IMG/VR virus record: IMGVR_UViG_3300018878_000143
Source: an uncultured virus (IMG/VR IMGVR_UViG_3300018878_000143)
Taxonomy: Duplodnaviria > Heunggongvirae > Uroviricota > Caudoviricetes
Direction: 5' to 3' (one strand)
Length of the DNA stretch: 20,000 bases
The position numbers and the translations under genes are program-made. This document shows, in pieces, positions 7,985 to 14,809 of this stretch; positions within the stretch are counted from its first letter, which is position 1, and the number at the start of each line of letters is the position of its first letter. The notes beneath the pieces are model-generated. The model saw only the letters and a program-made list of their open reading frames with translations. It made no database searches and had not been told where the DNA came from.

Positions 7985-8215
7985 TTAAATAACACCATCT
8001 TTAGCAGCACATACGAATCTATATGTAAAATCAATATGATCATCATCTACAAATACCAACGGTATGGCATCGCCCTTCATAACCTTGACCGCTTCATCTA
8101 TGCCGCCATATGGTTTAAGCTTGCTTAATGCGTGTGCATAATCGCAAGTGTTGTCGCACTCTTCTGTATACGAATGTCCATATCTATTTAAGCACTCAAA
8201 ACACGGATTATACAT
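7985..8215 (-). CDS. hypothetical Cys-containing protein
   Basis: ATG 8215 after AAAGGTG; NPCFEC...CDNTCDY. Confidence 0.75.
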   Translation of the reverse strand: MYNPCFECLNRYGHSYTEECDNTCDYAHALSKLKPYGGIDEAVKVMKGDAIPLVFVDDDHIDFTYRFVCAAKDGVI

Positions 8216-8241
8216 ATTTTTCACCTTTTAAAAGTTTGTTT

Positions 8242-8439
8242 TTAATGCTTGACTATGCTTTTCCAAGCAACTACTTCATCACAATCGTCATAATCACAAT
8301 AGCACCACTTATATACACCATTCCACATAGGTACCAGCTTGTTGATATAGATTCTTTCTTCACCGTTATAAATAACCTTTAACTCAACATCCTCATTAAC
8401 TGGTGGAGTTTTTTCGTACAACTTAATCCAAACACTCAT
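8242..8439 (-). CDS. DUF551-like small phage protein
   Basis: WIKLYEKTPP N-terminus and VVAWKS C-terminus; GAGGT RBS. Confidence 0.7.
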   Translation of the reverse strand: MSVWIKLYEKTPPVNEDVELKVIYNGEERIYINKLVPMWNGVYKWCYCDYDDCDEVVAWKSIVKH

Positions 8440-8466
8440 GTCTTACCTCATAAAATTCGTATTTCA

Positions 8467-8751
8467 TCAATGGATACTGTCTAACTCATAAAAATGCCAA
8501 ACATAACCAAGTGCGTCTTGTGCAGTTTTAAAATAGAACGATCCATCCATAACTTCTGATGGAACTTCCCATCCGGTACCAACAGATATCAACTCTGTCG
8601 TCGTTTCAGGGCAATCATCTCTTGTCTCAATCCAACACATTAGGTCGTGCCCTTGAAGTTGAACATCAAGCAATCTGTGTCTACGGCAAGTAATCCTAGT
8701 AACTTCTCCATTTCCATTTACAGGATATTTAAAAATTCTCGTCGTGCTCAT
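8467..8751 (-). CDS. conserved phage hypothetical protein (94 aa)
   Basis: IFKYP...LDVQLQ...GTGW...YVWHFYE pattern; GGAGGA RBS. Confidence 0.85.
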   Translation of the reverse strand: MSTTRIFKYPVNGNGEVTRITCRRHRLLDVQLQGHDLMCWIETRDDCPETTTELISVGTGWEVPSEVMDGSFYFKTAQDALGYVWHFYELDSIH

Positions 8752-8785
8752 AATAATCCTCCAAATAAAATACGCTTTTCATATT

Positions 8786-8986
8786 TTAGAACAACTTGTG
8801 CCACAAAGCCCTAAGTGTTTTCTTCCATTTTCCATTGACAAATTCAAATCCGTCAATGTACACCTTATTGTTAATAACCGTGCAACTATAACCACCTGAC
8901 GGACAAGGTGGCAGCTTAACACCGTTTACTATCACTTCGCCGTTTGAAACTACCGTTCCGTTATTGATCACAACATTGTTGCTCAT
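8786..8986 (-). CDS. hypothetical protein (66 aa)
   Basis: ORF track; GAGAGGT RBS. Confidence 0.75.
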   Translation of the reverse strand: MSNNVVINNGTVVSNGEVIVNGVKLPPCPSGGYSCTVINNKVYIDGFEFVNGKWKKTLRALWHKLF

Positions 8987-9150
8987 ATCTCTACCTCTCT
9001 TTTAAGGCGGCTGTTGCACCTGCGCTCGGCATCGTCACCGCTATTCGGTACCAGTACAGGTACTGATCCCTATAAGGCTTATCCTTGTTCGCAACATTTA
9101 AAAAGCACTGCAGCAAGCATTGTACCTAGCTGACTGGCGACTCACTTTCC

Positions 9151-9239
9151 TGGCGGGAGGAGTGGGATTCGAACCCACGGTGGTGTTACCCATCACCGGT
9201 TTTCAAGACCGGCCCCTTAAACCACTCAGGCACCCTCCC
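9151..9239 (-). tRNA. tRNA-Ser(TGA)
   Basis: acceptor GGGAGGG/TCCTCCC, anticodon arm CCGGT-CT-TGA-AA-ACCGG, long variable arm, TTCGAAT, G73, CCA. Confidence 0.95.
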
Positions 9240-9411
9240 ATATTTATAATGTCCTTTGCGTTCTTGCGCCGGTCAAGAGGACGGACAAACCCCTCAGACT
9301 TTTAAGGGAGCGGCACTTCCAGACCGCTAACGACTTTCCGGGCTTCACTCACCTTGTGCACAGGTAGTATGATTTATTTAGCTCATACTCGCATATCCCT
9401 TCACCCTTATA

Positions 9412-9488
9412 TGGTGATCCATCTGAGATTCGAACTCAGGACACCAAGATTAAAAATCTTGTGCAACTGCCAACTGTGCTAATGGATC
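9412..9488 (-). tRNA. tRNA-Lys(TTT)
   Basis: acceptor GATCCAT/ATGGATC, anticodon arm CAAGA-TT-TTT-AA-TCTTG, TTCGAAT, CCA. Confidence 0.93.
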
Positions 9489-9567
9489 ATTTAGGTGAGG
9501 GGGCAAGACAATTGAGCCCCCTCTTTCTTGTTTCAAGGGAGGTACAAGAATAAACCTTAATCCCTTG

Positions 9568-9653
9568 TGGTGCCGGTGACCGGACTCGAACCGGTACGCT
9601 GTTGTCAGCAAGGGATTTTAAGTCCCTTTTGTCTACCATTCCATCACACCGGC
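9568..9653 (-). tRNA. tRNA-Leu(TAA)
   Basis: acceptor GCCGGTG/CACCGGC, anticodon arm AGGGA-CT-TAA-AA-TCCCT, variable arm, A73, CCA. Confidence 0.95.
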
Positions 9654-9656
9654 ATA

Positions 9657-9741
9657 TGGTGGCGGTTACGAGACTTGAACTCGTATGGATTTCTCCACTG
9701 GAACCTAAATCCAGCGTGTCTGCCAATTCCACCAAACCGCC
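9657..9741 (-). tRNA. tRNA-Leu(TAG)
   Basis: acceptor GGCGGTT/AACCGCC, anticodon arm CTGGA-TT-TAG-GT-TCCAG, TTCAAGT, A73, CCA. Confidence 0.95.
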
Positions 9742-9750
9742 ATTTTATTG

Positions 9751-9865
9751 TTATGCGGGCGAGGATTTGCACCTCGCATGTGGTTGTCCTACTCCCACAA
9801 CATGCGCGCCTTATTCCTCCATCTGATGGGGATTGTCTGCGTCTACCTATTCCGCCACCGCATAA
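9751..9865 (-). ncRNA. tRNA-like RNA (pseudo-tRNA with expanded central region)
   Basis: 8-bp acceptor-like stem TTATGCGG/CCGCATAA, Leu-type D arm GCG-GAATAGGTAGA-CGC, 6-bp T stem with TGCAAAT loop, non-canonical ~60-nt middle, no CCA. Confidence 0.7.
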
Positions 9866-9874
9866 TTTCACTTG

Positions 9875-10039
9875 CTAAAACCATTCTTCTAAAAACACAT
9901 TTAATATTGCATACAAAAACAAAGAAATACCTAAAACAGGGGCGGATAGAAACGCGTGCATACGACTCGCCAATACTGTTATCATTAGAAGACCTATGGC
10001 CAGTGCTACACGCACCACAACTAAAAGCCAAAACCTCAT
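9875..10039 (-). CDS. small two-helix membrane protein (54 aa)
   Basis: GGAG RBS; ATG 1 nt after upstream stop; MRFWLLVVVRVALAIGLLMITVLASRMHAFLSAPVLGISLFLYAILNVFLEEWF; below ORF-track cutoff. Confidence 0.75.
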   Translation of the reverse strand: MRFWLLVVVRVALAIGLLMITVLASRMHAFLSAPVLGISLFLYAILNVFLEEWF

Positions 10040-10040
10040 A

Positions 10041-10289
10041 TTATTTCTCCGCAATTAATACAATGTTTTCAGAATGTGTCAGGTATGTTGCACCATCAAT
10101 AACAATTTGTAGTTGCTCGCCATCATAGTCATTCCAGCTTTCGACTTCACCCTCAACGACCTCACCATTCGGTAATCCGATAATTGCATAGTCGAATGTG
10201 TAAGTTGTGTCAAATAGCTGTTGGTTGCCACATCCAACAAGTGCAAACAACATCATTATCGTCAACAGTACTGATATGTATTTCTTCAT
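10041..10289 (-). CDS. phage lipoprotein
   Basis: MKK + hydrophobic core + lipobox LVGC; GAGGT RBS. Confidence 0.85.
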   Translation of the reverse strand: MKKYISVLLTIMMLFALVGCGNQQLFDTTYTFDYAIIGLPNGEVVEGEVESWNDYDGEQLQIVIDGATYLTHSENIVLIAEK

Positions 10290-10298
10290 ATTCTTACC

Positions 10299-10760
10299 TC
10301 ACTGTATTTCATCAAACAGCTTTGCCGTATTGAGAAGAATTCTCTTAATCTGATCGTCGTAGCCAAATCTTGAAGCATTGACCGCAATTGACTTCAGTAA
10401 ATTGCCATCGTGCTGCCGTTCGGTTGCCGCCTTCCAATCACAAAACATTTCGACAATATCGATCAAGTTCATATCAAGCACGCCATTATCGAAATGTTCA
10501 GGATGGTGACGACTCTGAGCATAATGATGACTAAGTGCCGGCTTCATTGCATCAAGATGTTCCTTATATTCTGGAGAGTCATACACACAGGATGCAAGTG
10601 CCGGTGTGTGCTCTGCAAAAATCTCAACTTCTGGAGTTTCCAGCTTTACGCGATCATGATTGACACCTCTTGTTGTCAGTTTGTCTGTAAAGAAACGAAT
10701 ATAGTGCCTCACGCGTTCAATATGCTTCTGAGTTTCCACCTGACATTCTGCAATTGTCAT
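10299..10760 (-). CDS. DUF5662-like HD-domain protein
   Basis: H...HD.VKL...HHY..SRHHPEHF...MNLIDIVEMFCDW motif; likely ATG 10760 after AAAGGGGTG. Confidence 0.75.
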   Translation of the reverse strand: MTIAECQVETQKHIERVRHYIRFFTDKLTTRGVNHDRVKLETPEVEIFAEHTPALASCVYDSPEYKEHLDAMKPALSHHYAQSRHHPEHFDNGVLDMNLIDIVEMFCDWKAATERQHDGNLLKSIAVNASRFGYDDQIKRILLNTAKLFDEIQ

Positions 10761-10788
10761 ATTGCTCACCCCTTTCATAAATCATTAT

Positions 10789-12054
10789 TTACCCAAAACT
10801 AACATCCTGTTTATCCGTTCTTAGCGACACAAAAACAGGGAACTGTAAACTACAGCACCCCGTCGATTTGTCATAAGACTGTTCTTTATATTTAATTTCC
10901 ACAAGGCTACCAACCAATTCATCTTGGTGTGTCCAAATCCAAGACCTCTGCTCGTCTGTGAAGCCAGACCCAACTCCAACCTCATTTCCCTTGTAGTCAA
11001 CTATAATTGCCCCAAGTGTATTGGCAAGCTTTCCACTCCCAGACTCACATCTTAATATCGGTAGATCCATTGTGTAGAATTGTTTGACTTTAAGAATACC
11101 GCGATGTCTTTTGCACTGGTAGGGGACATCTAGATTTATCATTAATCCCTCTTTATCTTCAGACACCATTTTCTCCAACAATTTCGGAACAATGCTTTGG
11201 TCGTCACCGCTATATAAGGAATTAAGAATGTGTATATGGTCATTTCCAGTAAACCACTCTTGTAAATCATCAAGCTGTTGTCGGCGCTCTTTGTATGTAG
11301 CTACGCTTTCACCTGTATCAAACTCGTCCGCAGGAAGCATGTCAAAAATTGTGAAGCAAATCACCGTTTTATCATCATTTTCAGAGTTCACAATTCCCGT
11401 GGTTAAGCGAAAAGCCTCATTGTCAGAAAGAGTGCCCTTGTTGGCCAAGGTCAGCTCTCCATCAAAAACCAGATGTGGGAAGTGGCTAAGCTCATCTGTA
11501 ATGTGTTCAAGACCATCGAACGCAATACCGCTTCTGCCGATCAGCTCCCCACGATAAAAGGTGGCGCGGACACCGTTTAGCTTTTGCGAAACAGAAAACC
11601 AACATCCATCTTTTAGTGGATACTTCTCGATTGGATAAGCTTGCTGGACTTCCCATTCCGGGATCAGCCCAGGGATAACTTTATTGATACTTTTAGCGGT
11701 GATGCCGAGCCGAAGCGTTTTAGCCAACAGTTTGATATATAGTTCTTGCGTACCAGCATTCTGAGTTCGCAAAAACGAGCAAACTCTAAACGTTGTTTCG
11801 TCGTCAAGCGCTTTTCTTTTTGACAGCTCATTGCACACATCAAAAATATCTCTATACTGGTGGGTATGCCATGCCGCAGGTATCAGTCGTCTCAGAGTTG
11901 CCTCCGACACTTTATACGAAAGCCTTGGATTACAAGCATAATACAGCAATCTTGTGAAATGCTCATTGTCGCGATTTTCTTCAACAATAGCAAGCTTTCT
12001 TTTCATTCCTGTGGTTTGTTGCAATTCGATCAGAGCCAAGATAGCTTTATCCAA
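10789..12054 (-). CDS. lig: ATP-dependent DNA ligase
   Basis: motif I QKLNGVR, III FDGEL, IIIa IFDML, IV EGLMI, V LKVK, OB-fold VGSGFTD, VI FPVF..LRTDK; likely TTG start at 12054 after GGAGGTGG (ORF track extends to 12072). Confidence 0.93.
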   Translation of the reverse strand: MDKAILALIELQQTTGMKRKLAIVEENRDNEHFTRLLYYACNPRLSYKVSEATLRRLIPAAWHTHQYRDIFDVCNELSKRKALDDETTFRVCSFLRTQNAGTQELYIKLLAKTLRLGITAKSINKVIPGLIPEWEVQQAYPIEKYPLKDGCWFSVSQKLNGVRATFYRGELIGRSGIAFDGLEHITDELSHFPHLVFDGELTLANKGTLSDNEAFRLTTGIVNSENDDKTVICFTIFDMLPADEFDTGESVATYKERRQQLDDLQEWFTGNDHIHILNSLYSGDDQSIVPKLLEKMVSEDKEGLMINLDVPYQCKRHRGILKVKQFYTMDLPILRCESGSGKLANTLGAIIVDYKGNEVGVGSGFTDEQRSWIWTHQDELVGSLVEIKYKEQSYDKSTGCCSLQFPVFVSLRTDKQDVSFG

Positions 12055-12148
12055 ATGCTCCACCTCCACCATATCCGCCAGAATTGTAGGCGATAAATAC
12101 CGCTATGCTGGCGGCCATGATAAACCCGACAGAAATTACTTCTCCCAT
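12047..12148 (-). CDS. putative 33-aa single-pass membrane peptide
   Basis: GGAG RBS; MGEVISVGFIMAASIAVFIAYNSGGYGGGGAFG; overlaps nadE stop and ligase start. Confidence 0.55.
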   Translation of the reverse strand: MGEVISVGFIMAASIAVFIAYNSGGYGGGGAFG

Positions 12149-12891
12149 GCGACATCTCCAAAGGCGGGCATCGGTCTAAGTTTATGTAGATTTTTTTGAT
12201 GTAGGTTCTCTATAATGCGTTCATTTTTCTCAATGGCGCAAACACCACTTTCGATATAGCGGTCAATTTCTTGATAACTTACGCCAAGATTATCTTCATC
12301 TGTTTTCCCGCACAGTCCATCAGATGGAGTCTTATCAACAAGATCCCTTGGGATTGGCAGCTCGTGACCAATTTGGATAACCTCGTGTACCATCAGGTTG
12401 GCCAGCGGACTAAAGTCACCAACGCTGTCGCCAAACTTCGTAGAGTAGCCAACGAAATCCTCAGATCTGTTGCATGTGTTAGCAACGCGTCCACCACCCG
12501 GTAGAGATTGTGCCACCGCATACAATGCAGCCATCCTAAGACGCGGTGGAAGGTTGACCTTGCTCTGCTCACTGATTCCATCTGGCAAAGCGCGATCAAT
12601 TCTATCAATCATATCACGGTAAGCTCCGTAGATGTTGATTATAACATCGTTAATGCCAAGAGCCTCCACCAGACGAGCGGAGTCAGTAATGTCGCGCTGC
12701 TCACCATTTGGCATCAGGACTCCAAAAACCCTATCTGCACCGAGCGCTTCAACACACAGAGCGGCTACGATACTGCTATCTTTACCGCCGGAAATCCCGA
12801 CGACCGCATAGCAGCCTTTCCCGTTTTCTTCAAAATAGTTACGAATCCACTGGACGATTTCGTCCTTTGTTCTCTTTGGATCAGCGAGCAT
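12136..12891 (-). CDS. nadE: NH3-dependent NAD+ synthetase
   Basis: PP-loop GISGGKDS, N...RLRM, TCNRSE..VGYSTKFGD, KTPSDGL....DEDNLG..Y, HK; single domain without glutaminase. Confidence 0.95.
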   Translation of the reverse strand: MLADPKRTKDEIVQWIRNYFEENGKGCYAVVGISGGKDSSIVAALCVEALGADRVFGVLMPNGEQRDITDSARLVEALGINDVIINIYGAYRDMIDRIDRALPDGISEQSKVNLPPRLRMAALYAVAQSLPGGGRVANTCNRSEDFVGYSTKFGDSVGDFSPLANLMVHEVIQIGHELPIPRDLVDKTPSDGLCGKTDEDNLGVSYQEIDRYIESGVCAIEKNERIIENLHQKNLHKLRPMPAFGDVAWEK

Positions 12892-13306
12892 GTACAACCC
12901 TCTCTTTCAAATCGGTTTGAGATTCGACTTCATTCAAAAATCGAATGAGCAAATCATAAACCTCTCTCAAACCAGCTCGGTCGTCAAGAAAGAGGTTGTA
13001 GTACACTTTCCTGCCACCAAACTGGGTGATAATGTCCTCGTTAATACTGTCGTATGGAATATCATTTTCCTCAAGATAGGAGGCGATCCCGGCCTCTTTT
13101 TCTTTGGAACACGATGTAAATACGATAAAGCTTGCATACGGTCTCAACCTTCTTAGCAAGTTAATAACATCTTCATAGCTTTCTCCGCGATTATGATAAT
13201 CAAAGACAGTATCATCAAAGTCATAAGCAATGATGAGCTTACCATGTGCGGCAAACTCATCAATTAAACGCTTATATGCATTTTGAGTATCTAAAAAATA
13301 GTCCAT
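12881..13306 (-). CDS. small capless HAD-superfamily protein (putative phosphatase)
   Basis: motif I IIAYDFDDT, motif II FTS, K, motif IV FLDDR; overlaps both neighbours. Confidence 0.8.
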   Translation of the reverse strand: MDYFLDTQNAYKRLIDEFAAHGKLIIAYDFDDTVFDYHNRGESYEDVINLLRRLRPYASFIVFTSCSKEKEAGIASYLEENDIPYDSINEDIITQFGGRKVYYNLFLDDRAGLREVYDLLIRFLNEVESQTDLKERVVHAR

Positions 13307-14793
13307 CAGAAATTCCCCTCGTGCAAATTCTGGCGGACCTCACTCAGCGTAAACCGTTTGGTAAAGACACCATTTTCAAAAACTGTACCCAGTTCATTGT
13401 TTTCCTGTGCCTCCGCCCAAGTAAGACCGTCTTCATATGCATAACCATCTCCGGTCTTATACACACGACAACAACCTCGCTGAGACTTTTTGAAACGACC
13501 AGAATCGGTCTTTGGGTTTTTGAAAATCATAATAGGATTGCCGCACTCGTCTTCCGCATATGTTGCCTTAACCGCAATACCAAACGTATCTCTGGTGAAC
13601 GGATTGTAGACTACATCATCCTTCCAAATAGTCTCCAGACACTGCATGGAGAACGAGCCTACTCCCAAGGAAACATTATTGATTGCAAAACCGTTTTCTT
13701 CCAGAATCTCATAGATACGACGGCAACGCTGAGGCGTGATGCTGTCGCCATAAATCGCCTTTACATGTGGATTGAGAACCTTAAATCCCTTGGCATTTAC
13801 TGTTCCGCCGAAAGTGTCCCACAGCTTAAACACCGTCTGTGTAACAACCTCCACAGGATCGCCGCTGTCACCACGGATAGAGATAAAGCCATCATGTGCC
13901 AAAACTTCTTCCTTAAGCTGTGGCAAGATATTGTCTACCAGATTCCAGTAATCATAACTGTCGCTGACCATGGAAAAACTCTGGTGCGGATAAATCTCGG
14001 TAAGGAGCCGACGGACATGTGTGATTTCATCGCCATCAATCGCAAAGTTGGAACACATTACGCTGTGTTCAGTAGAAAGTGCGCCAAATGCGACGGGCTC
14101 TTTTTCACAGTCGCAATCATAATTTCTTTCCAACCAAAGAATTGCCGGAACAGTTGCTGTATTCAAAAAGCTGAGGCAGAATGCAGCAGAACTCTTAGTT
14201 GCGCTCTCAACGCTCTCTTGTCCTCGCATAGAAAAATCGCCAAGAAGTCTTGCACGAGAGACATTGTCGTCGCACGTTCTCTCTGCAAACTCATTGACGA
14301 TCTGGCGGTAGCGGTATCCGACTTCTGCAGACACCTGGGTATGCCACATTGTACAAGAAAGCATTGTTTCGATGGAATTTACCAGCCACACAAAGTCTGG
14401 ATGTGTATTTGAAATTTCAATCTGTGGCACCTTGATGTCAGACCTTGTCCCCTCGGGAAGTGCTCTAATCTTCAGGGGTAAATACCCAAGATTATAGAGC
14501 TCTTCGATGCGTTGTTCGCCGACACCGTCTGTACCAATAGTGGATCTGAGAACGCGCTTATAATCATTAAGAACATTTTCCAAACTTTTATCGAAAAACC
14601 ATCGACCAAAAGCCTTAATTAAATATTCTCCAATGAATGCCTGAAGCCCAAACATTGTGATCTTCTGAGTGTCCTGCAGACGAGACATACGAGGGGTGTA
14701 GTAAGAAACCATTTTGGTCAAACCTTTTGGGTACTGATCAGCGTGTGCCGTCTTGTAAAAATCAAGACACAACAATGGGTTATAATCTATCAT
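13306..14793 (-). CDS. nadV: NAMPT/NadV-family phosphoribosyltransferase (Namat-like; substrate possibly nicotinate)
   Basis: DFYK.AH..QYP, PEGT, DFSMRG, phospho-His TEHS, SMVSDSYD, IRGDSGDP, IYGDSIT, GVGS, RDTFGIAVKAT, K.PKTD...KKS.RG; GGAGG RBS. Confidence 0.9.
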   Translation of the reverse strand: MIDYNPLLCLDFYKTAHADQYPKGLTKMVSYYTPRMSRLQDTQKITMFGLQAFIGEYLIKAFGRWFFDKSLENVLNDYKRVLRSTIGTDGVGEQRIEELYNLGYLPLKIRALPEGTRSDIKVPQIEISNTHPDFVWLVNSIETMLSCTMWHTQVSAEVGYRYRQIVNEFAERTCDDNVSRARLLGDFSMRGQESVESATKSSAAFCLSFLNTATVPAILWLERNYDCDCEKEPVAFGALSTEHSVMCSNFAIDGDEITHVRRLLTEIYPHQSFSMVSDSYDYWNLVDNILPQLKEEVLAHDGFISIRGDSGDPVEVVTQTVFKLWDTFGGTVNAKGFKVLNPHVKAIYGDSITPQRCRRIYEILEENGFAINNVSLGVGSFSMQCLETIWKDDVVYNPFTRDTFGIAVKATYAEDECGNPIMIFKNPKTDSGRFKKSQRGCCRVYKTGDGYAYEDGLTWAEAQENNELGTVFENGVFTKRFTLSEVRQNLHEGNF

Positions 14794-14809
14794 TCTTTTA
14801 TTCCTCCAA

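Noticed and set aside
9151..9239. Opal suppressor or selenocysteine tRNA
   Set aside because: Anticodon is 5'-TGA-3' (reads UCA, Ser), not TCA; 7-bp acceptor and serine identity elements. Likewise the TAA and TAG anticodons are Leu, not suppressors
9245..9300. HDV-like (theta) ribozyme next to tRNA
   Set aside because: TGTCC/GGACA and CAAA resemble P2 and J4/2, but no P1 helix or P1.1 could be built
9487..10031. Minus-strand ORFs 9487-9735, 9644-9871 and 9843-10031
   Set aside because: They run through tRNAs or the tRNA-like element, or are out of frame with the better-supported 54-aa membrane ORF
13246..14412. 388-aa plus-strand ORF
   Set aside because: Lies antisense to the well-conserved NAMPT-like gene, has no recognisable motifs or clear RBS; treated as a shadow ORF
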